From an uncultured Ignavibacteriaceae bacterium (GTDB lineage Bacteria > Bacteroidota > Ignavibacteria > Ignavibacteriales > Ignavibacteriaceae), in the NCBI GenBank assembly GCA_964556005.1, contig CAZKUR010000014.1:444-64443 (forward strand): a stretch of DNA of 64,000 nt. The letters are read 5' to 3'. The notes below the pieces were generated by a model. The model was not told the DNA's origin. It saw only the letters and a list, made by a program, of their open reading frames with translations, and did no database searches. A program made the position numbers and the translations under genes. This document shows, in pieces, positions 17,656 through 26,699 of the stretch; positions within the stretch are counted from its first letter, which is position 1; the number at the start of each line of letters is the position of its first letter.

Positions 17656-20600
17656 ATGGATAAAAGTAAATCATTTTTTATTACTGTTTTTTTAGTTGCG
17701 TTTTTATCAACAGAAATTCTTTCCCAAATCCAAGTGCCGCTGAATATGCGGGGCGATCGAAAGTATCGAAAAGAGGGAATTCACAACGGCAATTTAGTTG
17801 AAACACTTTTTTATAATTTCGGAGAAGTTGCCTGGTGGGGAAGAGAACCCTCAGGCGTTTGGCCAAAAGGATCGGGGCATTCTTACATGGACGGCATAAC
17901 TCCTATCGTAGCTGCAGAAGTTGAAGATGAAACCGGACAAACTATTCATATAGTCGAAGCAGGGTACAGAGAGAATATGGATATTTCTCCGACAGGTGTG
18001 GAACGCGGCTGGCAGCCGAGGCCCGGATATGTTAATCCTAACCAGGATAATATTGCAATGAGTGATAATCCGATCACCTGGCCGGAAAGCTGGCCCGATA
18101 AAAATGCGTCATGGAACGGCTTTTGGAACGGTTATTTCGGAAAAAGAACTAATGCCGATCAAGAAAGTTTTTTTGTGGTGGATGACAACAGCGATGACGG
18201 GCCTAACTTTTTCCCGGATTCAAAGGATCATACAAGAAGAGGTCTCGGATTAAGTGTCGGTGTAAGAGGGTTTCAATGGTCCAACATTCTTTCAGAAGAT
18301 ATTATTTTCTGGCATTATGAAATTACTAATGAGAGTACTCAAGATTATACAAAGATTATTTTCGGAATGTATGTCGATTGCGGTGTCGGCGGGCAGTATG
18401 ATTCTAACGATGATTATGCTTCATTTGATATAAATAACGATATAACTTATAGCTGGGATCATGACGGAATAGGCCAGGGCGGATGGCATCCTACAGGGTT
18501 TGCCGGTTATGCATTTCTTGAGAGCCCGGGAAACGGTTATAACAAAATTGACGATGACAATGACGGTGAATTTGGAAGTCCTACCATTACTGCCCAGATG
18601 CTTATAGGTGAAATTAAAGGCAACGGGATTGATGATAATAGTAACGGTCTTGTAGATGAAGATTCGATAAATATCGGCATGAAGTACGCTGACGGTATAG
18701 ATAATAACGGCGACGGAAAAATCGATGAGATGATTGATGAAACAAGGGATGACGGAATTGATAACGATGGAAACTGGAATTCCAATACAGATGATGTCGG
18801 ATTGGATGGACTGGCAGGTACAGGTGATTTTGGAGAGGGAGACGGCAAACCTACATCAGGGTGGCAGCCGCCTGGTGTTGTTCCAGGTGCTCCCACTTCG
18901 CCTGTAAATAAATTCGGGTTGGTTGATACTAAACAACCTGGAGAACCGCATATTGATAAAACTGATAAAAATGAATCCGATCAAATTGGGTTAACTGCAT
19001 TCGATGTTTTTTATATCGGTTCGGGAGTTGTCTTCAGGGATGATGATAAGATTTGGGATAGAATTTCCTACAGTCATTTCGATACAAGGCTGCAAAATGG
19101 AAATATAGCTTTTCTTTTCGGTTCCGGTCCATTTATACTTCCCGCCGGAACTACCGAAAGATTTTCGCTTGCATTAGTATTCGGAAATGACCTGGATGAT
19201 ATTAAAAGAAATAAACAGGTCGTACAGGATATTTATAACAATAATTATAATTTTGCCCGTCCGCCTGATAAACCGAATTTAACTGCAGTACCCGGAGATG
19301 GAAGAGTTACCTTGTATTGGGATAATTCGGCAGAAAATTCATACGATGATTTTCTAAAGGAGTATGATTTTGAAGGTTATAAAATTTATCGAGCTACAGA
19401 TCCTGGTTTTCTAGACTCATATACTATTACAAGCGGCTACGGAGAAAATAGTCTTTTTAAACCTTCCGCTCAGTTTGATATAGTGGATGATATAAAAGGA
19501 TTTTTCCCTCTTGATTACCAGGGAGTAAAAGTTTATATGGGAGATAACAAGGGATTAAAACATTCATGGGTTGATACGAATGTTGTTAACGGGCAAACCT
19601 ATTATTATGCATTGGTTTCTTACGATAAAGGAAACTCTGCAATAGGATTATATCCGTCCGAATGCGCGAAAGTTATAGTTCGCGATCTGGCAGGAAATGT
19701 CACGGTCGATAAAAATACGGCTTATGTTACTCCGGGAACAAGAGTAGCAGGTTATGTTCAACCAGGTTTGGAAAGCGGGATTGTACATAGCAGCGGCTTT
19801 GCAACCGGCAGCGTCAGCGTAGATATTTTGGACGCTAATAAAATTTCGGATGGAAATTATACGGTTCTCTTTAACGATACAACCCATCCGGATACAATCT
19901 TATATTCTTTATATAAAATAAATGGAAACGATTCTTCACAGATTTTTGTCGACTCAAAATATATTAATGCTGAAGATTACAATCCCTTGTTCAACGGAAT
20001 GAGAGTTCTTGTTGCAAATGATACTATTGCTTTTGATCCTGATAACTCCGGCTGGAAAAACGGAACATCGAATCTTCTTATTCAAGGTCAATTGTTATAT
20101 TCATTTCCATCAAGAGTACATGGATTTCCATCCAGTTACGAAATCCGTGTTGGACAGCCGGATTCATCCTGGCGGTTCGGTTATAGATCGGCTACGAATT
20201 TTCAAGTCTGGGATATATATGAAAATGAAAAAATGAGATATTATTTATGGGAACCGGATACTCTTATCGATGGAAAAATTTCTGCCGGGGATTACATTAC
20301 TATCTGGATGCAGGTCAATTCTGTTTGGAAAGAAATATGGAAGTTTACATTTATCGCTCCGCCGAATCAAAGATTGTATCTTCCTTCCGAAGGCGAAGTG
20401 GGACAAATTGTAATCAGAACGCCTTTCCGTACCGGTGATACATATACATTTCTAACCAACGGTGCAAAAGTTAATTCGGTACAAGCAGCAAAGGATCTCA
20501 GTAAAATAGCCGTAGTTCCAAATCCCTATGTTGGTTCCGCAAAATGGGAACCGCAGAGATTAACAACTACCGGTAGAGGAGAAAGAAGAATTTATTTTAT

Positions 20601-20811
20601 TCATCTTCCGAAACAGGCAACTATTCGTATTTACACAATCAGCGGCGACCTTGTAAAAACACTCTACCACAACGCAGTAAATTTTGACGGCCAGGAATCC
20701 TGGGATCTAACAAATCAAAATGGTCTGGACATAGCGCCCGGTATTTATATCTACCATGTCGAGTCTCCCGGGCTGCCAAGTAAAATTGACAAATTCGCTG
20801 TAATTAAATAA
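17656..20811 (+). CDS. Large secreted protein of unknown function: Asp-rich Ca-binding-like cluster, FN3-like module, divergent T9SS-CTD-like tail
   Basis: 1051-aa ORF starting 11 nt after the transporter gene, with signal peptide MDKSKSFFITVFLVAFLSTEILSQ. A DxDxDG-type cluster lies at nt 18550-18852. An FN3-like segment reads PPDKPNLTAVPGDGRVTLYWDN...FEGYKIYRA. The C-terminal 102 aa (nt 20503-20808) resemble a T9SS CTD. No catalytic motif was recognised. Confidence 0.75.
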   Translation: MDKSKSFFITVFLVAFLSTEILSQIQVPLNMRGDRKYRKEGIHNGNLVETLFYNFGEVAWWGREPSGVWPKGSGHSYMDGITPIVAAEVEDETGQTIHIVEAGYRENMDISPTGVERGWQPRPGYVNPNQDNIAMSDNPITWPESWPDKNASWNGFWNGYFGKRTNADQESFFVVDDNSDDGPNFFPDSKDHTRRGLGLSVGVRGFQWSNILSEDIIFWHYEITNESTQDYTKIIFGMYVDCGVGGQYDSNDDYASFDINNDITYSWDHDGIGQGGWHPTGFAGYAFLESPGNGYNKIDDDNDGEFGSPTITAQMLIGEIKGNGIDDNSNGLVDEDSINIGMKYADGIDNNGDGKIDEMIDETRDDGIDNDGNWNSNTDDVGLDGLAGTGDFGEGDGKPTSGWQPPGVVPGAPTSPVNKFGLVDTKQPGEPHIDKTDKNESDQIGLTAFDVFYIGSGVVFRDDDKIWDRISYSHFDTRLQNGNIAFLFGSGPFILPAGTTERFSLALVFGNDLDDIKRNKQVVQDIYNNNYNFARPPDKPNLTAVPGDGRVTLYWDNSAENSYDDFLKEYDFEGYKIYRATDPGFLDSYTITSGYGENSLFKPSAQFDIVDDIKGFFPLDYQGVKVYMGDNKGLKHSWVDTNVVNGQTYYYALVSYDKGNSAIGLYPSECAKVIVRDLAGNVTVDKNTAYVTPGTRVAGYVQPGLESGIVHSSGFATGSVSVDILDANKISDGNYTVLFNDTTHPDTILYSLYKINGNDSSQIFVDSKYINAEDYNPLFNGMRVLVANDTIAFDPDNSGWKNGTSNLLIQGQLLYSFPSRVHGFPSSYEIRVGQPDSSWRFGYRSATNFQVWDIYENEKMRYYLWEPDTLIDGKISAGDYITIWMQVNSVWKEIWKFTFIAPPNQRLYLPSEGEVGQIVIRTPFRTGDTYTFLTNGAKVNSVQAAKDLSKIAVVPNPYVGSAKWEPQRLTTTGRGERRIYFIHLPKQATIRIYTISGDLVKTLYHNAVNFDGQESWDLTNQNGLDIAPGIYIYHVESPGLPSKIDKFAVIK

Positions 20812-20824
20812 ACAGGTTTATATC

Positions 20825-21835
20825 ATGTATAAAAAGATATTTACCATTCTAATAATATTATTTATAAGCGGAAAAACATCATCGCAGGTTTTTTCCGGAA
20901 CAACTGCCGGACAGTTTTTAAAAATTGAAGTCGGAGCAAAGGCAATAGCGATGGGAGGCGCATTTGTTTCGCAGTCGAATGATGTTTCTGCATTATACTG
21001 GAATCCGGGCAGCATTGCCAAGCTGCAGAATAGCGCTGCAATGTTTACGCATACATATTGGATTGCCGATATAAACCATGATTTTGCAGGAGTTGTTCTT
21101 AAAATCGGCGAACAAAATGCAATTGGTTTAAGCTATACCACATTAGGAATGGCTGATATGAAAGTTCGTACGGAAATTTATCCTGAAGGAACAGGTGAAT
21201 ATTTTTCTGCTAATGATTATGCAATTGGCATAAGCTACGGATTAAATCTTACTGAAGATTTCAGTATCGGAATTACCGGCAAATATGTCGGCGAAAGAAT
21301 CTGGCATATGTCTGCTTCTACAATAGCATTTGATCTCGGTATTCTTTATAACACTCCCATAAAAAATTTAAATCTCGGGATGAGTGTTTCAAATATCGGC
21401 GGCAAAATAAAATATTCGGGAGAGGATAATTTTATTTATTACAGCTACAATCAGGATGAGCATGGAAACAGTCAAAACGTTTATGCTGAAATAAAAATGG
21501 ATGAATGGGATTTGCCGCTGGTTTATAGGGTCGGTCTTTCAATGAAAATTTTTGAAAGTGATATTCATTCAATTATTATTTCTGCCGATGCCCTTCATCC
21601 GAACGATTACAACGAATTTGTCAACGTAGGTTTTGAATACGGATTTATGGAAAGAGTGTTTTTACGGGCAGGGTATAAATCATTATTTAAACAGGATAGT
21701 GAAGAGGGTTTAACTGCCGGATTGGGATTATTATATTATCTCACGGATTATATGCCTGTCAAAGTGGATTATGCATACGCAGATTTCGGAAGACTCAATG
21801 CTGTTCATAGAATTTCTCTGGAAATCGGGTTTTAA
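20825..21835 (+). CDS. PorV/PorQ-family (UPF0164-like) outer-membrane beta-barrel protein
   Basis: 336-aa ORF with a signal peptide. The N-terminal signature GTTAGQFLKIEVGAKAIAMGGAFVSQSNDVSALYWNPGSIA matches my recollection of the PorV/PorQ family N-terminus. Alternating beta-strand patterns run to the C-terminal F (SLEIGF). Confidence 0.6.
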   Translation: MYKKIFTILIILFISGKTSSQVFSGTTAGQFLKIEVGAKAIAMGGAFVSQSNDVSALYWNPGSIAKLQNSAAMFTHTYWIADINHDFAGVVLKIGEQNAIGLSYTTLGMADMKVRTEIYPEGTGEYFSANDYAIGISYGLNLTEDFSIGITGKYVGERIWHMSASTIAFDLGILYNTPIKNLNLGMSVSNIGGKIKYSGEDNFIYYSYNQDEHGNSQNVYAEIKMDEWDLPLVYRVGLSMKIFESDIHSIIISADALHPNDYNEFVNVGFEYGFMERVFLRAGYKSLFKQDSEEGLTAGLGLLYYLTDYMPVKVDYAYADFGRLNAVHRISLEIGF

Positions 21836-21862
21836 TGATAAATTTTCTAAAAGGAAAATTTA

Positions 21863-24241
21863 ATGCCTCTTTTTCAAAATAAATACGGCTACTTCTCCGA
21901 TGATGGAAATGAATATATAATTACAACACCTCAGACTCCGAAGCCCTGGATAAATGTTATTTCAAACAGAGATTATGGATTAGTAATATCACAGGCAGGC
22001 GGCGGCTTTAGCTGGTTAACACATTCGGAATTTAACCGTTTAAATAGATGGCATCAGGATCTTGTGCAGGATAATTGGGGAAAATATATTTATATAAAAA
22101 ACAATACTACCGGTGAAATATGGAGCCCAACCTGGCAGCCTGTTAAAAAGGATCTTGATTCGTTTAAATGCAGGCATGGAATAGGATATACGATTTTTGA
22201 AAGTATTTATAAAAAAATTAAAATTGAATTATGCATCTTCGTTCCGTTCGAAGAAAGTATTGAAATATGGGATTTAAAAATTAATAATACAGGTGATCAA
22301 AATATCGATTTATCTGTCTTCACTTATTTTGAATGGTGTCTTGGTTCATCTTCGGATCATCACCGTGAGTTTCACCGTTGTTTTATCGATGTTAAATTTG
22401 ACAAAGAGTGCAACGGGCTGTTAGCTAATAAAAGAATTTGGGACATCCCCATCGGGGATAGAGGGCATTGGAACTACGAATATCCCTATACGGGATTCTT
22501 GTTGAGTAATAAAAATATTTCCGGCTACGATGGTGATAAGTACTCCTTCATAGGGCAATACGGATCTCTTCAAAATCCTTTCAGTTTGATGAATGGCAAA
22601 CTTTCAAATTCAATAGGTATGTGGGGAGATCCTATTGCCTGTTTAATGAATGATATAAAGATAAATAAAAAAAGTTCGGATAGAATAATTTTTACAGCCG
22701 GATTAAAAAAAAATAAAGATGAGATAATTTCATCTAAACAAAAATTTAATAATCCTGTTAATGTTGATAACGCTTTTTACGTTGTTAAAGCAAAATGGAA
22801 AGAACTGTTCAGTAATTTTGAAATTGACACTCCTGATAAAGCTATGAACATCCTTGTTAATAAATGGCTTCCATACCAGGCTATATCCGGAAGGTTATGG
22901 AGCAGGACTGCATATTATCAGCAAAGCGGTGCCTTCGGATTTAGAGATCAGCTGCAAGACAGCATGATATTCTTAACTACTAATCCGGAAGAAACTTCCA
23001 AGCAAATTCGGCTTCATGCAAGACATCAATTCGATGATGGTACTGTTCTGCATTGGTGGCATCCCATAACTGAGAAGGGAATGGCAGCAAAAATAAGCGA
23101 CAATTTATTATGGCTTCCTTTCCTTGTAATTGAGTATTTAAAGGAAACTGCTAATTATCAAATCCTTAGTGAATTAGAACCGTATTATGAAAGTGATAGT
23201 GAAAGCGGGACAATTTTCGAGCATTGTACTAAAGCAATTGATATGGTACTGTCAAGAATGAGTCAAAGAGGCTTGCCGCTTATTGGAGCAGGAGATTGGA
23301 ATGACGGAATAAATGCTGCCGGACTTGAAATGAAAGGTGAATCCATATGGTTGGCTGAATTTCTGTATTTAATATTGATGAATTTTTCCAAAATAGCAGA
23401 AAGAACTAACCAAAACAGCTATTCCGAAAAATGTAAAGTTGAAGGAAATAAACTCCAAACAGCATTTAATAAAATTGCCTGGGATGGAGAGTGGTTTTTC
23501 CGCGGTACTAAGGATTGCGGAGAAAAATTTGGGAGCAGTGAAAATTCCGAAGGACGAATTTTTTTAAATCCGCAGGTTTGGTCTGTAATTAGTGATATTG
23601 CTTCGAAAGAAAAGCAAGTTGCCGCTATGTATTCTGTTGAAAAAATTCTTTTTAAGAAAAACGGTTGTTTATTATTGTACCCTGCTTATTATAATTCCGA
23701 TAAAAATATAGGTTACCTTACACGATATGCACCTGGGAGAAGAGAAAACGGTGGTGTATATACTCATGCATCAATATGGTCTATAATTGCCTTCTGTAAA
23801 ATTTATAAAAACGATATCGCTTATGAAATCTTCAAAAGATTATGCCCTATATACAATTCCCAAGATCCTGATGTTTATCAAGTCGAACCGTATGTAACTC
23901 CTGGAAACATTGATGGACCAGATTCAAAATATTACGGCAGAGGAGGCTGGACCTGGTATACAGGCTCAGCTTCCTGGTTTCAAAAAGTTATTATCGAATG
24001 GATTCTCGGAATTAGAGCCAGTGAAGATGGACTGATAATCGATCCGCATATTCCGTTAAACTGGACGGAATATAAAGTAAAGAGAATGTTTAGAGGAACC
24101 TGCTTTACCATCCGGTTCAATATACCGGAAGATTCTAATGGAATAGTTGATTTAATAAAAGTTGATGGCGAAGAAATTCATGGAAATGTAATTTCTCCGT
24201 CCGGCAAAAAAACTTGTAATGTTGAGGTGATTTTTCGTTAG
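21863..24241 (+). CDS. GH94-type glycoside phosphorylase (cellobiose / beta-oligoglucan phosphorylase family), cytoplasmic
   Basis: 792-aa ORF with no signal peptide. The N-terminus YGYFSDDGNEYIITTPQTPKPWINVISN is typical of GH94. Other family blocks are YYQQSGAFGFRDQLQD and the catalytic-Asp block GAGDWNDG. Length matches cellobiose/chitobiose phosphorylase-type members. Confidence 0.8.
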   Translation: MPLFQNKYGYFSDDGNEYIITTPQTPKPWINVISNRDYGLVISQAGGGFSWLTHSEFNRLNRWHQDLVQDNWGKYIYIKNNTTGEIWSPTWQPVKKDLDSFKCRHGIGYTIFESIYKKIKIELCIFVPFEESIEIWDLKINNTGDQNIDLSVFTYFEWCLGSSSDHHREFHRCFIDVKFDKECNGLLANKRIWDIPIGDRGHWNYEYPYTGFLLSNKNISGYDGDKYSFIGQYGSLQNPFSLMNGKLSNSIGMWGDPIACLMNDIKINKKSSDRIIFTAGLKKNKDEIISSKQKFNNPVNVDNAFYVVKAKWKELFSNFEIDTPDKAMNILVNKWLPYQAISGRLWSRTAYYQQSGAFGFRDQLQDSMIFLTTNPEETSKQIRLHARHQFDDGTVLHWWHPITEKGMAAKISDNLLWLPFLVIEYLKETANYQILSELEPYYESDSESGTIFEHCTKAIDMVLSRMSQRGLPLIGAGDWNDGINAAGLEMKGESIWLAEFLYLILMNFSKIAERTNQNSYSEKCKVEGNKLQTAFNKIAWDGEWFFRGTKDCGEKFGSSENSEGRIFLNPQVWSVISDIASKEKQVAAMYSVEKILFKKNGCLLLYPAYYNSDKNIGYLTRYAPGRRENGGVYTHASIWSIIAFCKIYKNDIAYEIFKRLCPIYNSQDPDVYQVEPYVTPGNIDGPDSKYYGRGGWTWYTGSASWFQKVIIEWILGIRASEDGLIIDPHIPLNWTEYKVKRMFRGTCFTIRFNIPEDSNGIVDLIKVDGEEIHGNVISPSGKKTCNVEVIFR

Positions 24242-24268
24242 TAAAAAATAAATCTACGGAGTAAGCAT

Positions 24269-26689
24269 ATGAAAAAGATAATATTTTATATTTTGTTTAC
24301 TTTCCTTTTATATGTAAATGGAAATGCTCAAGGGCCTTACATCTTCTTCAGCGATAGTCCCGATAATACTTTTTACGACTGGAGCTGGGGCTATGTAAAT
24401 GACCCGAGCATATTGGAACGCGTGGGTGAAAAATTCCCGGTTGATACGGTTTATCATTATTCCGGTATAAATAGTTTAATACTTCACTGGACTTCAAATG
24501 CAACAGGTGATTGGGGAATCGCTTGTGCCGCGATTGGAACTCCATGGCCTACTTGGGATGTAACCGTTATGGATTCGGTACAGTTGTGGGTTTACACTGA
24601 ACAGCCCATCGATTCATTAAATTTACCGGTTATGTACCTCGAAGACAATAATAATCATAAATCGGTTCAAAGGAAAATTTCGGATTATTCTTCAGATATT
24701 CCGGCAGATAATTGGACTAAAATTTCTCTGCCAATCGATATTTTTATCAATGGTTCAACCGGAGTGGATTTTACAATTATTAAAACTATATTCTTCGGTC
24801 AGGATGAGGCTGATGGAGAAGAGCACAAGCTGTACCTTGATGAAATCAGGATGATTTCCAATGCGGCGGTAATCGATACAATTCCGCCTGCTCCGCCTGT
24901 TGGCTTATCTGCTGAAGGATTCGACAGGCATATTGATCTGAACTGGACATTAAACACAGAGGAGGACGTTGCAGGTTATAATGTGTATAGGCAGCAGGGG
25001 TCTAATTATGTTATTATTGGAGTAGCCTCAAAAGACGATAGATATTACACTGATTTCATCGGCCAGAGCGGAGCAAGCGGAGCTTATAAAATTACAGCAT
25101 TCGACAATAACCAGAACGAATCCGGTTTTTCAAGTATTGCAACTTCATCAACTCATTCCTTAAATGATGACGAGCTGCTCGATATGGTTGAAGAAGCAAC
25201 CTTTAGATATTTTTGGGATTATGCTCACCCATTTTCCGGATTGGCAAGGGAAAGAACCGGTTCGGGAAATACTGTTACAACAGGCGGATCAGGCTTTGGT
25301 ATAATGGCAATTCTTGTTGGAATCGAAAGAGGCTTCATAACACGTGAAGAAGGTGCACAAAGAATGCTTCAAATACTTAATTTCCTTTCCACCAAAGCCG
25401 ACAGGTTTCACGGTGCATTGCCGCATTGGCTTGATGGTGAAACCGGTGATGTAATTCCATTTGGCCAACACGATGACGGGGGAGACCTTGTAGAAACCGC
25501 TTTTATGATGCAGGGACTTCTTACAGCAAGACAATATTTTGATCAAAATAATACTACCGAAAATGTTATCAGAATCTATATTAAAAATTTATGGGAAGGC
25601 GTTGAATGGGATTGGTACAGGCAGGATCCGCCGACAAATTACCTTTACTGGCATTGGTCGCCTAACTTCGGATGGATTATGAATTTCCCTTTAATCGGAT
25701 GGAACGAAACCATGATTACATACCTATTGGCAATAGCATCGCCAACGCATAGTATCCCTGCCAATTTATACGCCGACGGATGGGCAAGTAGTTCGGGGTA
25801 TACAAACGGACAATCATTTTACGGCATTCCATTGGAAGTAGGATGGAACTACGGCGGTCCTTTATTCTTCGCTCATTATTCCTTTCTGGGATTTGATGCA
25901 AGAAATAAAAAAGACGGCTTTACAAATTACTTTATAAATAATTACCATCATACGAAAATTAACAGGGCATACTGTATAGATAATCCGCAAAGTTATGCAG
26001 GCTATTCAGATTCACTCTGGGGATTGACTTCTTCCGATGATCCTTTTGGGTATAATGCCCACTCTCCTTACAGCGGTGATAACGGAACAATAACACCAAC
26101 GGCGGCTCTTTCATCTATGCCTTACACGCCTGATGAATCTATGATGGTTTTAAAGAATCTTTATAGAAGTTACGGAAATCATATTTGGGGAATTTACGGA
26201 TTTAAAGATGCAATGAATTTGCAGCAAAATTGGTATGCCGCGAGTTATCTCGCTATAGATCAAGGACCTATTATTGTAATGATCGAAAATGCACGTACGC
26301 AATTATTATGGAATAAGTTTATGGCAAGCCCGGAAATTCAGCCTATGCTTGATGCAATAGGTTTTGTGTATGATCCTACCGGTGTAGCTGACAATCATAA
26401 TATTGAAAAAATAAATTTTGAACTGAAAGGAAACTTCCCGAATCCATTTAATCCTGCGACTACAATTTCATTTACGATCCCTGAGGCTCAGCATATTACA
26501 GTAGTTATTTACGATATTCTCGGAAGGAAAGTGAAAACGCTTTTCGACGGAATTATTAAGCAGGGAACAAAAAACCTGGTTTGGGATGGAAAGAACGATC
26601 ATAGTGCTTATGCAGGTTCCGGGATTTATTTATATACAATTAAAGGGAAAGATAAATTGCTTGCAGGTAAAATGGTTCTTCAAAAATAG
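24269..26689 (+). CDS. Secreted glucoamylase-like (PF10091-type, GH144-like; candidate endo-beta-1,2-glucanase) with N-terminal module, FN3-like domain and T9SS CTD
   Basis: 806-aa ORF with a signal peptide. It has an FN3-like segment (GFDRHIDLNWTLNTEEDVAGYNVYRQ) and an (alpha/alpha)6-like core. Core blocks are FRYFWDYAHP, GGSGFGIMAI, FHGALPHWLDGETG, GGDLVETAFMMQGLLTARQYF, WNETMITYLLAIASPTH, GGPLFFAHYSFLGFD and YGFKDAMN...DQGPIIVMIEN. The C-terminus is LKGNFPNPFNPATTISFTIP...GIYLYTIKGKDKLLAGKMVLQK. Confidence 0.65.
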   Translation: MKKIIFYILFTFLLYVNGNAQGPYIFFSDSPDNTFYDWSWGYVNDPSILERVGEKFPVDTVYHYSGINSLILHWTSNATGDWGIACAAIGTPWPTWDVTVMDSVQLWVYTEQPIDSLNLPVMYLEDNNNHKSVQRKISDYSSDIPADNWTKISLPIDIFINGSTGVDFTIIKTIFFGQDEADGEEHKLYLDEIRMISNAAVIDTIPPAPPVGLSAEGFDRHIDLNWTLNTEEDVAGYNVYRQQGSNYVIIGVASKDDRYYTDFIGQSGASGAYKITAFDNNQNESGFSSIATSSTHSLNDDELLDMVEEATFRYFWDYAHPFSGLARERTGSGNTVTTGGSGFGIMAILVGIERGFITREEGAQRMLQILNFLSTKADRFHGALPHWLDGETGDVIPFGQHDDGGDLVETAFMMQGLLTARQYFDQNNTTENVIRIYIKNLWEGVEWDWYRQDPPTNYLYWHWSPNFGWIMNFPLIGWNETMITYLLAIASPTHSIPANLYADGWASSSGYTNGQSFYGIPLEVGWNYGGPLFFAHYSFLGFDARNKKDGFTNYFINNYHHTKINRAYCIDNPQSYAGYSDSLWGLTSSDDPFGYNAHSPYSGDNGTITPTAALSSMPYTPDESMMVLKNLYRSYGNHIWGIYGFKDAMNLQQNWYAASYLAIDQGPIIVMIENARTQLLWNKFMASPEIQPMLDAIGFVYDPTGVADNHNIEKINFELKGNFPNPFNPATTISFTIPEAQHITVVIYDILGRKVKTLFDGIIKQGTKNLVWDGKNDHSAYAGSGIYLYTIKGKDKLLAGKMVLQK

Positions 26690-26699
26690 ATTAAGGCCG

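Noticed and set aside
18537-18896. 119-aa Pro/Ser-rich minus-strand ORF
   Set aside because: It is the reverse complement of the GAT/GAC/GGN-rich Asp cluster of the 1051-aa protein. Its unusual composition is a mirror-image artefact.
26586-26699. Upstream extension of the ABC substrate-binding protein ORF
   Set aside because: The extension overlaps the last 104 nt of the preceding gene. The ATG at 26700 yields a proper lipoprotein signal peptide. Similar 5' over-extensions were trimmed at 3150, 11997, 42576, 47298 and 54010.
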